From NCBI RefSeq assembly GCF_042660085.1, contig NZ_JBHSTI010000051.1, positions 3,089 to 35,088 on the forward strand: DNA of 32,000 bases. Direction: 5' to 3'. This document shows positions 8,321 through 18,088 of this stretch, in pieces (the stretch's first letter is position 1; every line of letters starts with the position of its first letter). The position numbers and the translations under genes are program-made. The stretch is from Longivirga aurantiaca (GTDB taxonomy: Bacteria > Actinomycetota > Actinomycetes > S36-B12 > CAIYMF01). The notes beneath the pieces were generated by a model, which was not told where the DNA came from, did no database searches, and worked only from the letters and a program-made list of their open reading frames with translations.

Positions 8321-8596
8321 ATGGGTATCGGAGCGAGCATCTTCCTGCTGGCGGTCGGCGCGATCCTGGCGTTCGCCGTCAACGCGCAGGTCGCAGGCAT
8401 CGACATCCAGGTGGTCGGCTGGGTCCTCATGGGCGCCGGTGTCATCGGCCTGCTCATGACCCTGCTGGTCTTCGCCCCCCGTCGGCGTCGTCTGGTGCGC
8501 GAGACCGGCGTGCCGTACGGCTCGGTCGCCCCTGACGGCGACCTCCCCGTGTCCCGCAACGTCGTCACCACCGAGGTGCGCGACGACGTCGTGTGA
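8321..8596 (+). CDS. Small two-TM membrane protein (DUF6458-like)
   Basis: MGIGASIFLLAVGAILAFAVNAQVAGIDIQVVGWVLMGAGVIGLLMTLLVFAPRRRR, a familiar actinobacterial small membrane protein. Confidence 0.82.
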   Translation: MGIGASIFLLAVGAILAFAVNAQVAGIDIQVVGWVLMGAGVIGLLMTLLVFAPRRRRLVRETGVPYGSVAPDGDLPVSRNVVTTEVRDDVV

Positions 8597-8598
8597 AG

Positions 8599-8637
8599 CC
8601 GCTGAGCCCCCGTCACGGGGGTGCGGGGGCTCAGCGG
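8599..8637. terminator. Hairpin terminator
   Basis: CCGCTGAGCCCCCG (8599-8612) / CGGGGGCTCAGCGG (8624-8637), perfect 14-bp stem just after stop of 8321..8596. Confidence 0.75.
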
Positions 8638-8745
8638 CGGGTGACGAACGAGGCTCCGGGCGCGCGAGGACGGGGATGCGGTCCTACCGTGCTCCCTGTG
8701 GCGGCCCCGGGTGCCGTCCGACGTCGTGCGAACCGAGGAGCGCCC

Positions 8746-9063
8746 ATGTCCGAGCAGCTGACCGACCCCACCGCTGAGGCGACCGAGGGCTGCGTCGGCT
8801 GCGGATGCGGCGCTGGCGGCTGCGGCGGGTCGGGCGCTGCCCCCGTCGTCGACCTCGGGGCCGTGAAGTCCGAGGTGCGCCGGGCCGTCGTCGAGGCGGT
8901 CGTCGCCGTCGTGCCCGTGGACGACGAGGTCGTGTTCGTCGCCCCGCACGAGGTGCTGCCGCTGATGCGCTCGCTGATCGACTCCGACGCCGGCGCGCTC
9001 CAGGCGTCGTACGACGAGGAGGGCCCCGAGCTCTGGGCCCTGCGGGTGCGCCGCCTCCGCTAG
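8746..9063 (+). CDS. DUF2249-like small protein with Cys/Gly-rich N-terminus
   Basis: MSEQLTDPTAEATEGCVGCGCGAGGCG..., similar to 19587..19907 over VRRAVVEAVVAVVPVDDEVVFVAPHEVLPLMRSL...YDEEGPELWALRVRRLR. Confidence 0.83.
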   Translation: MSEQLTDPTAEATEGCVGCGCGAGGCGGSGAAPVVDLGAVKSEVRRAVVEAVVAVVPVDDEVVFVAPHEVLPLMRSLIDSDAGALQASYDEEGPELWALRVRRLR

Positions 9064-9079
9064 CGCGCCCGTCCCTGAG

Positions 9080-9835
9080 TCAGCCGCGGCGGATTGGCTC
9101 CCAGCCCCGCTGCGGGTCGCGGTTGCCGGTGACTGTCGTGTCACGGCTGCGGTAGACGAGGTACGGCCGCGAGACGTAGCCGACCGGTGCGCTGAAGATG
9201 TGCACGAGGCGCGTGAACGGCACGAGGGCGAAGAGCAGCATCGCGACCGCGGCGTGGAGCTGGAACGACAGGGGCGCACCCGTCATGTCGCCCGGGTCCG
9301 GGCTCAGCACGAAGAGGCTCCGGAACCACACTGCAACGGACTCTCGGTAGTTGTAGCCGTCCGGGTAGCCGCCGGTGAGGTTGAGCAGGTTGATGCCCAC
9401 GGTGTTGAAGACGCCCAGGCCGACGACGGCACCCAGGAACACGTACATGACCTTGTCCATCGTCGTGGTCACGGAGAACACGCGTCCGACCGTGCGGCGG
9501 CGGTAGATCAGGATCGACAGGCCCGTGACGACCATGACCGCTGCGATCACGCCGAAAGCCACCGCGGCCACGTGGTACATGTGCTCCGAGACGCCGATCG
9601 TCTCGGTCCACCCGGCGGGGATGAGCAGGCCGAGCACGTGACCGCCGAGCGCCAGCAGGATGCCGACGTGGAACAGCGGGCTGCCGATGCGCAGCAGCTT
9701 GGTCTCGTACATCTGCGAGGACCGCGTCGTCCAGCCGTAGGCGTCGTACTTGTAGCGCCAGAACATCCCGACGGCGAACGCCACGAGGCTGACGTAGGGC
9801 AGGACGACCCAGACGAACGTCTGCACGGTGGTCAT
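9080..9835 (-). CDS. narI: Respiratory nitrate reductase gamma subunit
   Basis: VWVVLPYVSLVAFAVGMFWRYKYDAYGWTTRSSQMYETKLLRIGSPLFHVGILLALGGHVLGLLIP; last in GHJI order. Confidence 0.97.
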   Translation of the reverse strand: MTTVQTFVWVVLPYVSLVAFAVGMFWRYKYDAYGWTTRSSQMYETKLLRIGSPLFHVGILLALGGHVLGLLIPAGWTETIGVSEHMYHVAAVAFGVIAAVMVVTGLSILIYRRRTVGRVFSVTTTMDKVMYVFLGAVVGLGVFNTVGINLLNLTGGYPDGYNYRESVAVWFRSLFVLSPDPGDMTGAPLSFQLHAAVAMLLFALVPFTRLVHIFSAPVGYVSRPYLVYRSRDTTVTGNRDPQRGWEPIRRG

Positions 9836-10479
9836 GCGTGCACACCTGCCTTCAGCGACTCGACGGGGAAGAACGGGGCGAGGCCGACCTGCTCGGCCGG
9901 CGGGCCGGCGAAGGCGAGCTCCTCCGCCGTGGGGCCGTCAGGAGCGGCGGGGACGACGGCGAGCAGCGCCGACACCGGATCGACATAGGGCGAGTCGAAC
10001 TTCGCGAGCGCGTGCTCGAGCAGCTCGAGCCCGGCCCGGTGCCGGGCCAGCATCTCCAGCGCCGCGTCGACGGGTCCGACGGCACCGAACTCGAGCACCA
10101 CCGGCAGGAAGTCGGGGAGCTCTTCCGGCCCGAGGTCGAACCCGGCCTCCTGATACCTCTCCTTGAAGCCGACGAGGGCCATCCCGCGGCTTCGCGTGTC
10201 GCCGTTGAGGAACCAGGTGAGGTAGAGGCATGCCTTGCGCCTGCGGTCGAAGATCTCGACGTAATGCGCCTGAGCATTGACGAGGTCCGTGCTCGAGAGC
10301 CACTCGGTCATGCGCCGCAGTGGTTCGCGCGAACCGTGGGGGAGCTCGTCGAGGCTGCGGCCGACGAGGTTCAGCCTGTCGACCGCTCCCTGGTCCGGGT
10401 ACGACAGCAGCATCGACGTGGTGGCGAGCAGGCGGCGTACCGCAGGCGCCTCGCTCTCGGGGAGATGGTGGGTGATCAC
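9832..10479 (-). CDS. narJ: Nitrate reductase molybdenum cofactor assembly chaperone
   Basis: LLATTSMLLSYPDQ..., LTWFLNGDTRSRGMALVGFKERYQEAGF, ELPDFLPVVLEF; between narH and narI. GTG start overlapping narH stop. Confidence 0.96.
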   Translation of the reverse strand: MITHHLPESEAPAVRRLLATTSMLLSYPDQGAVDRLNLVGRSLDELPHGSREPLRRMTEWLSSTDLVNAQAHYVEIFDRRRKACLYLTWFLNGDTRSRGMALVGFKERYQEAGFDLGPEELPDFLPVVLEFGAVGPVDAALEMLARHRAGLELLEHALAKFDSPYVDPVSALLAVVPAAPDGPTAEELAFAGPPAEQVGLAPFFPVESLKAGVHA

Positions 10480-12050
10480 TGCGACCCTCCCGGGAGGTCG
10501 GCGTTCGAGTCGGCCTCGAAGCGCTGCTTGGTGAGATGGAAGCTCTCGATCGAGACGGGTACCGGCTTGCCGTCACCGACGACGGGCTGCATCCCCGGCC
10601 CGCCCTCGAAGTCGAGCGAGCATCCGGGCGACTCCTCCAGCGCGGCAGCCGCCTCCTGGTGCGCGCGCGGGATCACATATCGGCTCTCGTACTTCGCGAT
10701 CGCGAGCAGCCGGTACATCTCGTAGAGGTCCTCGCCCGTGAGGCCGACCGCCTCCGCGATCGACTCGTCGGTGTCGCGACCGAGGTTGATGTCGCGCATG
10801 TACGAGCGCATCGCTGCCAGCCGCTTGAGGACGCCGTCGACCACGGGCACGTCGCCTGCCGTGAGGAGGTTGGCCAGATAGCCGATGGGGATCCGTAGGG
10901 CGTCGATCGCGCCGAACAGGTTGCCGGCGTCCTCGGCGTCATGGCCGCTGTTGGCGAGCGCGTCCACCACCGGCGACAGCGGCGGGATGTACCAGACCAT
11001 CGGCATGGTGCGGTACTCCGGGTGCAGCGGCAGCGCGAGGCGGTACTTCTTGGCCAGCGTGTAGACGGGCGACTTCTGCGCCGCCTCGATCCAGTCGTCG
11101 GCGATCCCGTCGCGACGTGCCTGGGCGACGACCTCGGGGTCGTTCGGGTCGAGGAGCACGTCGAGCTGCGCCTCGTACAGGTCCTTGTCGTCCTCGACCG
11201 AAGCCGCGGCGAGCACCTTGTCCACGTCGTACAGGAAGAGGCCGATGTAGCGCAGGCGCCCGACGCAGGTCTCGGCGCAGACGGTCGGCTGACCCACCTC
11301 GAGGCGGGGGTAGCAGAACGTGCACTTCTCGGCCTTGCCGGTCTTGTGGTTGAAGTAGACCTTCTTGTACGGGCAGCCCGAGACGCACATGCGCCAGCCG
11401 CGGCAGCGGTCCTGGTCGACGAGCACGATGCCGTCCTCTGACCGTTTGTACATCGCGCCGGACGGGCAGGCGGCGACGCACGCCGGGTTGAGGCAGTGCT
11501 CGCAGATCCGCGGCAGGTAGAACATGAACGCCTTCTCGAGCTCGAAGACCACGCTGTCCTCGATGCCCTTGAGCATCGGATCGAGGTGGCCGCGCTCGTG
11601 CGTCCCGCCGAGGTCGTCGTCCCAGTTGGCGCCCCAGCGGATCTCGGTGTCCTTGCCCGTGATCATGGACTTCGGGCGGGCGACAGGGGTGGTGTCCATG
11701 GCCGGCGAGCTGATGAGGGTGTCGTAGTCGTACGTCCACGGCTCGTAGTAGTCGTCGAGCGACGGGAGCTTGGGGTTGCTGAAGATCTGGGTGAGCCGGC
11801 GGATGCGGCCGCCGCTGCGCAGCTTGAGCCGGCCGCGCTTCGTGCGGACCCAGCCGCCCTTCCACTGCTCCTGGTCCTCGTGCCGCTTGGGGTAGCCGAG
11901 ACCGGGCCGGGTCTCGACGTTGTTGAACCAGACGTACTCGACACCCGTGCGGTTGGTCCACGTCTGCTTGCACGTGACCGAGCAGGTGTGGCACCCGATG
12001 CACTTGTCGAGGTTCATCACCATGCCCACCTGGGCCATGACGCGTGTCAT
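10476..12050 (-). CDS. narH: Respiratory nitrate reductase beta subunit
   Basis: MNLDKCIGCHTCSVTCKQTWTNR, CEHCLNPACVAACPSGAMYKR, CRGWRMCVSGCPYKKVYFN Fe-S motifs. ATG at 12050; the longer supplied ORF is an over-extension. Confidence 0.98.
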   Translation of the reverse strand: MTRVMAQVGMVMNLDKCIGCHTCSVTCKQTWTNRTGVEYVWFNNVETRPGLGYPKRHEDQEQWKGGWVRTKRGRLKLRSGGRIRRLTQIFSNPKLPSLDDYYEPWTYDYDTLISSPAMDTTPVARPKSMITGKDTEIRWGANWDDDLGGTHERGHLDPMLKGIEDSVVFELEKAFMFYLPRICEHCLNPACVAACPSGAMYKRSEDGIVLVDQDRCRGWRMCVSGCPYKKVYFNHKTGKAEKCTFCYPRLEVGQPTVCAETCVGRLRYIGLFLYDVDKVLAAASVEDDKDLYEAQLDVLLDPNDPEVVAQARRDGIADDWIEAAQKSPVYTLAKKYRLALPLHPEYRTMPMVWYIPPLSPVVDALANSGHDAEDAGNLFGAIDALRIPIGYLANLLTAGDVPVVDGVLKRLAAMRSYMRDINLGRDTDESIAEAVGLTGEDLYEMYRLLAIAKYESRYVIPRAHQEAAAALEESPGCSLDFEGGPGMQPVVGDGKPVPVSIESFHLTKQRFEADSNADLPGGSQ

Positions 12051-15000
12051 CAGTACTGCACCTCCTGCGACCGGCGACGGATAGTCGTCACCTCGTCGCG
12101 CTGGTTGCCGGTGGGGCCGTAGTAGTTGAAGCCGTACGACAGCTGCGCGTAGCCGCCGATGAGGTGGGTCGGCTTGAGCAGCAGCCGCGTGAGCGAGTTG
12201 TGGATGCCGCCGCGCTTCCCGGTCTTCTCGACCCGGGGGACGCCGACCGTGCGGTCCTTCGCGTGGTACATGTAGACAGTGCCCTCGGGCATGCGGTGGC
12301 TGACGACGGCGCGCGCGACGACGATGCCGTTGCGGTTGTGCGCCTCGATCCAGTCGTTGTCGCGCACGCCGATCTTCTCGGCGTCCTCGCGGCTCATCCA
12401 GATGTCGGGACCTCCGCGCGAGAGTGCCAGCATGAAGAGGTTGTCCTGGTACTCGGAGTGGATCGACCACTTCGAGTGCGGGGTCAGGTAGCGGACGACG
12501 ACCTGCTGCTCGTCGTGGTCGCCGATCGTCGGGTAGCCCGCGATGGCCGCGAGGTTGAGCGGCGGCCGGTACGTGGGGAAGCACTCGCCGACCTCGGCCA
12601 TCCAGTCGTGGTCGAGGAAGAAGTGCTGACGCCCCGTCAGCGTGTGCCACGGCTTCTTGCGCTCGACGTTGATGGTGAACGGAGAGTACCGGCGCCCTCC
12701 GTGCTCGCTACCCGACCACTCCCACGAGGTGATGACGGGCTGGGGCCGGCTCTGGGTGTCGGCGAACGTGATGTGCTTGCCCTCGTTGTCGCGCGCGAGG
12801 TCGGCGAGCACCTGTCCGGTGCGCTTCTCGAGGAACTCGAAGCCGGCCACGGCGACCGCGCCGTTGCTGACGCCGGAGAGGGTGAGGATCGCCTCGCACA
12901 CCTGCTCGGCCGTCTCGATCCGGGGGCGTCCGTCGGCCACGCCGCCCACGACCGTGCCGTTGACCTTCTTCAGGTGCTCCACGGACTTCGGCTGCCTGAG
13001 CGTGATTCCCTTGACCACCGTGCCGATGCTCTCGACGTTGGGCCCGAGGGCGCCCATCTTCGCGGCGATGGCCGAGTAGTCGCGCTCGACGACCACGAGG
13101 TTGGGCATGGTGCGGCCGGGGACCGGCTCGCACTCGCCGGCGCGCCAGTCGAGCACGCGGCCGCCGGGCTGGGAGATCTCGCTGGGGGTGTCGTGCTGCT
13201 GCGGCAGCGCGACGACGTCCTTGACGACACCGAGCCGTGGCCCGGCGAGCTCGGTGAACACCGCCGCCATCTTCTGGAAGACGTCGTGGTCGCTGCGGCA
13301 CTGCCACGGTGGCGAGATCGCCGCGTTGAACGCGTGGATGAACGGGTGCATGTCGGTCGAGGAGATGTCGTACTTCTCGTACCAGGTCGCGGCCGGGAGC
13401 AGCACGTCGCTGAACAGCCCGGTGCTCGTCATGCGGAAGTCGAGCGACACCAGGAGGTCGAGCTTCCCGGTGGGCGCCTCGTCCCGCCAGGCCACCGTCT
13501 TCGGCCGCTTGCCCTCGGGCGTCTGGCCGCCGTCGATGGCGCCGTCCGCACCGAGCAGGTGGTGCAGGAAGTACTCGTTGCCCTTCCCGCTCGAGCCGAG
13601 CAGGTTCGCGCGCCAGACCGTGAGCACTCGAGGGAAGTTCTCGGGCGCGTCCGGGTCCTCGACCGAGAACTTGAGACGGTCGGCCTTCAGCTCCTGCACC
13701 ACGTAGTCGGGAGCGGACATGCCTGCGGCCTCCGCGTCGGCAGCGAGCGTGATCGGGTTGCGGTCGAACGTGGGGTACGACGGCGTCCAGCCCATGCGGA
13801 CCGCCTGGGCCAGCGTGTCGGCCATGGCCTGGCCGGTGAACCGACCGGTCCCGAGCGGGGTCGCGACCTCGTCGGCGCCGAACGCGTCGTACCGCCACTG
13901 GTCGGTGTGGAGGTACCAGAACGATGTGCCGGCCATCTGGCGCGGCGGGCGCGACCAGTCGGCGCCGAAGGCGAGCTGCGCCCAGCCGGTGAACGGCCGG
14001 GCCTTCTCCTGACCCACGTAGTGGGCCCAGCCTCCGCCGTTCTTGCCCTGGCAGCCGGTGAGCAGCACCAGGCTGATGATCGCGCGGTAGATCGTGTCGG
14101 AGTGGTACCAGTGGTTGGTGCCGGCACCGAGCGTGATCATCGAGCGACCGCCGGAGTCCTCGGCGTTCTGCGCGAACTCGCGGGCGATGCGCTCGACGGT
14201 CGCCGCCGGGACGGAGGTGATCTCCTCCTGCCAGGCCGGCGTGTACGGCGCATCCGCGTCGTCGTACCCGGCGCCCCACGTGCCGGGCAGGCCGTCGCGG
14301 GCCACGCCGTACTGCGCGAGCAGGAGGTCGTAGACCGTGGTCACGAGCCGGTCGCCCATGCGGCGCACGGGCACACCTCGCCGGATGACGCTGCCGCGCT
14401 CGGTGCCGTTCTCTCCGGCGTCGAACCGAGGAAGGTCGACGGTCACAGTCTCGGCGCCGTCCGCGTGCATGGTGAGCAGCGGGTCGACGTCGCCGAGGTC
14501 GAGGTTCCAGTGGCCCATCCCGGACTCGTTGTGGCGGAAGCCGATCGAGCCGTCGGGCACGACCGTCTCGCCGGTCGCGGCATCGATGAGAACCGGCTTC
14601 CACTCGGCCGCCTCGACATCCTGGCCGAGGTCTGCGGCGTTGACGAAGCGGTCGGGGACGAACGACTCGCCGTGCGCGCGGAGCGAGACGAGGAAGGGCA
14701 GGTCGGTGTAGCGCTTGGAGTAGTCGACGAACATCGGCACCTGCCGCTGCACGTAGAACTCGCGCAGGATCACGTGGCCCATCGCCATGGCGAGCGCACC
14801 GTCGGTGCCCGGGTGCGCGGGCAGCCACTCGTCGGCGAACTTGGTGTTGTCGGCGTAGTCGGGGCTGACCGTCACGACCTTCTGGCCCTTGTAGCGGGCC
14901 TCGGTCATGAAGTGCGCGTCCGGGGTACGAGTCGTAGGGATGTTGGAGCCCCACATGATCAGGTAGCTCGCGTTCCACCAGTCGGCCGACTCGGGGACGT

Positions 15001-15745
15001 CGGTCTGATCGCCCCAGATCTGCGGCGACGCGATCGGCAGGTCGCAGTACCAGTCGTAGAACGACAGCATCGTGCCGCCGATGAGCGAGGTGTAGCGGGC
15101 TCCGGCTGCGTGCGAGGCCATCGACATCGCGGGGATCGGCGAGAACCCGGCGACGCGGTCGGGACCCCAGCGGTCGATCGTGTGCACCTGGGCGGCGGCC
15201 ACCATCTCGAGCGCCTCGTCCCAGGAGGCGCGGACGAGACCGCCCTTGCCGCGGGCGGACATGTAGGTGCGGCGCTTGGCGTCGTCGTCGACGATGCTCG
15301 CCCACGCCGCGACGGGGTCGCCCCCGTGGGCGACCTTGGCTGCGCGGTACATCTCGAGGAGCACACCGCGGATGTACGGGTAGCGCACGCGCGTCGGCGA
15401 GTAGGTGTACCAGGAGAAGGCGGCACCACGGGGGCAGCCGCGGGGCTCGTACTCGGGGGAGTCGGCGCCGACGGACGGGTAGTCGGTCTGCTGCGTCTCC
15501 CACGTGATGATGCCGTCCTTGACGTACACCTTCCACGAGCACGAGCCCGTGCAGTTCACGCCATGGGTGGAGCGCACGACGCGGTCGTGCGACCAGCGGT
15601 CGCGGTAGAAGACGTCGCCCTCGCGACCGCCGACGTAGTGCACCGCGCGGTGGTCGGGAGAGGTCTCGCTGCGGGTCAGGAACGAGCGGGCGCTGATGAG
15701 GGCGTCGACGAAGGGGTCGTCGATGCGCGTCGGGGTCTCGGTCAC
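12050..15745 (-). CDS. narG: Respiratory nitrate reductase alpha subunit (molybdopterin)
   Basis: HGVNCTGSCSWKVYVKDGIITWETQQTDYP, NWWNASYLIMWGSNIPTTRTPDAHF, QSVLAD-like and MHPFIHAFNAAI regions; GTG start at 15745 (VTETPTRIDDPF). Confidence 0.97.
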   Translation of the reverse strand: MTETPTRIDDPFVDALISARSFLTRSETSPDHRAVHYVGGREGDVFYRDRWSHDRVVRSTHGVNCTGSCSWKVYVKDGIITWETQQTDYPSVGADSPEYEPRGCPRGAAFSWYTYSPTRVRYPYIRGVLLEMYRAAKVAHGGDPVAAWASIVDDDAKRRTYMSARGKGGLVRASWDEALEMVAAAQVHTIDRWGPDRVAGFSPIPAMSMASHAAGARYTSLIGGTMLSFYDWYCDLPIASPQIWGDQTDVPESADWWNASYLIMWGSNIPTTRTPDAHFMTEARYKGQKVVTVSPDYADNTKFADEWLPAHPGTDGALAMAMGHVILREFYVQRQVPMFVDYSKRYTDLPFLVSLRAHGESFVPDRFVNAADLGQDVEAAEWKPVLIDAATGETVVPDGSIGFRHNESGMGHWNLDLGDVDPLLTMHADGAETVTVDLPRFDAGENGTERGSVIRRGVPVRRMGDRLVTTVYDLLLAQYGVARDGLPGTWGAGYDDADAPYTPAWQEEITSVPAATVERIAREFAQNAEDSGGRSMITLGAGTNHWYHSDTIYRAIISLVLLTGCQGKNGGGWAHYVGQEKARPFTGWAQLAFGADWSRPPRQMAGTSFWYLHTDQWRYDAFGADEVATPLGTGRFTGQAMADTLAQAVRMGWTPSYPTFDRNPITLAADAEAAGMSAPDYVVQELKADRLKFSVEDPDAPENFPRVLTVWRANLLGSSGKGNEYFLHHLLGADGAIDGGQTPEGKRPKTVAWRDEAPTGKLDLLVSLDFRMTSTGLFSDVLLPAATWYEKYDISSTDMHPFIHAFNAAISPPWQCRSDHDVFQKMAAVFTELAGPRLGVVKDVVALPQQHDTPSEISQPGGRVLDWRAGECEPVPGRTMPNLVVVERDYSAIAAKMGALGPNVESIGTVVKGITLRQPKSVEHLKKVNGTVVGGVADGRPRIETAEQVCEAILTLSGVSNGAVAVAGFEFLEKRTGQVLADLARDNEGKHITFADTQSRPQPVITSWEWSGSEHGGRRYSPFTINVERKKPWHTLTGRQHFFLDHDWMAEVGECFPTYRPPLNLAAIAGYPTIGDHDEQQVVVRYLTPHSKWSIHSEYQDNLFMLALSRGGPDIWMSREDAEKIGVRDNDWIEAHNRNGIVVARAVVSHRMPEGTVYMYHAKDRTVGVPRVEKTGKRGGIHNSLTRLLLKPTHLIGGYAQLSYGFNYYGPTGNQRDEVTTIRRRSQEVQY

Positions 15746-15746
15746 G

Positions 15747-16469
15747 TCACTGCTCCCAGGGCGTCGGGCTGTCGCCCGCGGTCTGCGGGGCCGGGGCCGG
15801 GCGCAGGTCGGGGCGGTTGAGGTGGGCGACGCAGAGGTCGTCCTTGATGAAGATGTCGAGGCGGCGCACGGTGACGCCCGACCCGAGCTCGTCGAAGAAG
15901 CCGTGCAGCATCTCGTGGTGCAGGCGGCAGATGGCGCGGTCCTGGCGGGCGAGGTCGGCGAAGGGGCAGGTCGAGAGGTAGAGGCGGTCGCCGAGCGGAT
16001 CGGTCGTGGTCTCGAAGCCGAGCACCTCGAGGCCGTCGACGGCCATCTCGATGCTGGCCTCGGGGGTGATCGCCTCGGCGCCCGGCGCGACCTTCTCGCG
16101 CTGCGCCTTGGCCAGCCGGTGGCCGGCGGCCTCCCCCGGGGAGTGCGCGGTGTCGCCGGCGGCGGCCGCGAGCTCGGCGGCCAGCGCGCGGTAGGGGTCG
16201 GCCGGCTCGGCCGCCTCGGTGGCGCGATAGAGCAGCTTGGGCCGGCCGGGCCGGGTGCGGTTCTCCGGCACGACCTCGACCCGGCCCATCTCGACCAGCA
16301 GCGCAAGGTGCGAGCGGACGGTATTGGCGTGCTGCCCGGTGCCGGCGGTGATCTCGGCGACCGTCAGCGCCTGGCCCTTCTGGGCGAGCAGGTCCAGCAC
16401 CCGGCGGCCGGTGGCCTCGGTCTCCCCCGCGCTCGGCTCGGGCCTCGCGAACCGGTCCTGCAGCGACAC
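15747..16469 (-). CDS. ArsR/DeoR-type HTH regulator with C-terminal Cys-containing domain, likely regulating nar genes
   Basis: HTH region ALTVAEITAGTGQHANTVRSHLALLVEMGRVEVV; C-terminal CPFADLARQDRAIC...DLC; ends 1 nt before the narG GTG start. Confidence 0.85.
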   Translation of the reverse strand: MSLQDRFARPEPSAGETEATGRRVLDLLAQKGQALTVAEITAGTGQHANTVRSHLALLVEMGRVEVVPENRTRPGRPKLLYRATEAAEPADPYRALAAELAAAAGDTAHSPGEAAGHRLAKAQREKVAPGAEAITPEASIEMAVDGLEVLGFETTTDPLGDRLYLSTCPFADLARQDRAICRLHHEMLHGFFDELGSGVTVRRLDIFIKDDLCVAHLNRPDLRPAPAPQTAGDSPTPWEQ

Positions 16470-16665
16470 GACCCCTCCTCAAGAGGTTTTTTCCACCACG
16501 TCGTGATTTATCCCTGAGCCCGACCGTACGCCGTCCACTGACCTGGGCCAACAGGCACAGCATGTGGGCCATATCACTAGTAAAAAACAATTCTGAGGGT
16601 GGACATCCCGCCGGGTCCGAGGTCTAGCGTGACTCGTGATTGGTAAATAACACTTCGGAGGGGAC
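16470..16665. promoter_or_regulatory. Divergent nar regulator-narG / narK control region, AT-richer than surroundings
   Basis: Contains repeated TCGTGATT (16501-16508, 16634-16641) and GTTWTTTWC-like motifs (16486-16494 plus; rc of 16573-16588; rc of 16636-16651). Confidence 0.55.
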
Positions 16666-18060
16666 ATGAGCATCACCGCGGCGGAGAGCTCGCCCGAGGT
16701 CCGTCAGCCGAGCGGCACGGCGATCAGCGAGGACGTGTCCCCGGGGCGCTACCGGGTCCTGACCACCTCGACCCTCGCCTTCACGCTGATGTTCGCGGTG
16801 TGGCTGCAGTTCGGGATCCTCGGCCTGTCGATCCAGAAGGAGTTCGGCCTCTCCGACACCGCCTTCTACTGGCTCACGGCGCTGCCGGTGCTCAACGGCG
16901 CGATCTGGCGGCTGTGGACCGGGATCCTGGCCGACCGCTGGGGCGGGCGCATCGTGATGACCGGCCTGCTCCTCGCCGCCGCCGTACCCACCTTCCTGCT
17001 CTCGGGCGTCCAGAGCGCACCGATGCTGTTCGTGCTCGCGTTCCTGATCGGCTTCGCCGGCAACTCGTTCAGCTCGGGCATCGCCTGGAACAGCGCGTGG
17101 TTCCCGCGCAGCCAGCAGGGCTTCGCCCTCGGGGTCTTCGGCGCCGGCAACGTCGGGGCCTCGGTCACCAAGCTCATCGGCCCGGCGATCATCGCCGGCA
17201 CGGCCGGCTCGCTCTACCTCGGCGGTCGCGTCGAGGGCGGGTGGCGGCTCATCCCGGTGATCTACGCCGTCGCCCTCGTGATCATGGCCGCAGTGCTGTG
17301 GTTCGTGGCTCCGAGGCCGGACCACCGGCCCGGGGCGACCACCCCGATGCGCGAGCACCTGCAGCCGCTCAAGCGGATCCGGGTGTGGCGCTTCAGCCTC
17401 TACTACGTCGCTGTGTTCGGCGCGTACGTCGCGTTGTCGTCCGCCCTGCCGAAGTACTACGAGACCAACTACGGCGTGCCGCTGTGGCAGGCGGGGCTGC
17501 TCACCGCGCTGTTCATCTTCCCGGCGTCGCTGCTCCGGCCCGTGGGCGGCTGGCTCTCCGACAAGGTCGGCGCGCGCCGGATCATGTACTGGACGTTCGG
17601 CCTGATGCTGGTCTCGACAGGCGTCCTGATGATGCCGAGCGGCTACATCACCGTCGAGGTCTCGACGAGCGTGTCGCCCGACGGTACGGCCGAGATCCTC
17701 CCGTGGAGCCTCGGAATCGTGCCCTTCACCGCGTTCGTCGTGCTGCTCGGCTGCTCGATGGGCATCGGGAAGGCCGCCGTCTACAAGCACATCCCGGAGT
17801 ACTTCCCGCACGAGGTCGGCTCGGTCGGCGGCGTGGTCGGGATGCTCGGCGCCCTCGGCGGCTTCGTCCTGCTCCCGATGTTCGGGTACGCCGTGCAGAT
17901 CACGGGCCTTCCGACCGCGCTCTTCGGCGTGCTCTTCCTGCTGACGCTCGCCTGCGCCGTGTGGATGCACCTCACGGTCGTCCAGATGCTCCACGACAGC
18001 TCGCCCGAGCTGTCCGACCAGTTCGAGACCCCGGTGCAGATGCCGGAGTACACCCCGTGA
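16666..18060 (+). CDS. narK: NarK-type MFS nitrate/nitrite transporter, copy 1
   Basis: FAVWLQFGILGLSIQKEFGLSDTAFYWLTALPVLNGAIWRLWTGILADRWGGRI, AGFAGNSFSSGIAWNSAWFPRSQQGFALGVFGAGNVGAS, GMGKAAVYKHIPEYFP. Confidence 0.95.
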   Translation: MSITAAESSPEVRQPSGTAISEDVSPGRYRVLTTSTLAFTLMFAVWLQFGILGLSIQKEFGLSDTAFYWLTALPVLNGAIWRLWTGILADRWGGRIVMTGLLLAAAVPTFLLSGVQSAPMLFVLAFLIGFAGNSFSSGIAWNSAWFPRSQQGFALGVFGAGNVGASVTKLIGPAIIAGTAGSLYLGGRVEGGWRLIPVIYAVALVIMAAVLWFVAPRPDHRPGATTPMREHLQPLKRIRVWRFSLYYVAVFGAYVALSSALPKYYETNYGVPLWQAGLLTALFIFPASLLRPVGGWLSDKVGARRIMYWTFGLMLVSTGVLMMPSGYITVEVSTSVSPDGTAEILPWSLGIVPFTAFVVLLGCSMGIGKAAVYKHIPEYFPHEVGSVGGVVGMLGALGGFVLLPMFGYAVQITGLPTALFGVLFLLTLACAVWMHLTVVQMLHDSSPELSDQFETPVQMPEYTP

Positions 18061-18088
18061 CCCGGCCCATCTCCCTGAGGAGCACGAC

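Noticed and set aside
10476-12650. Extended narH ORF (724 aa)
   Set aside because: True narH starts at ATG 12050; the extension is the out-of-frame narG 3' region.
12044-15820. 1258-aa plus-strand ORF opposite narG, and the 944-aa ORF at 12708..15542
   Set aside because: Antisense/shifted shadow ORFs of narG caused by high GC; Arg/Ala/Gly/Pro/His-rich low-information composition with no family motif.
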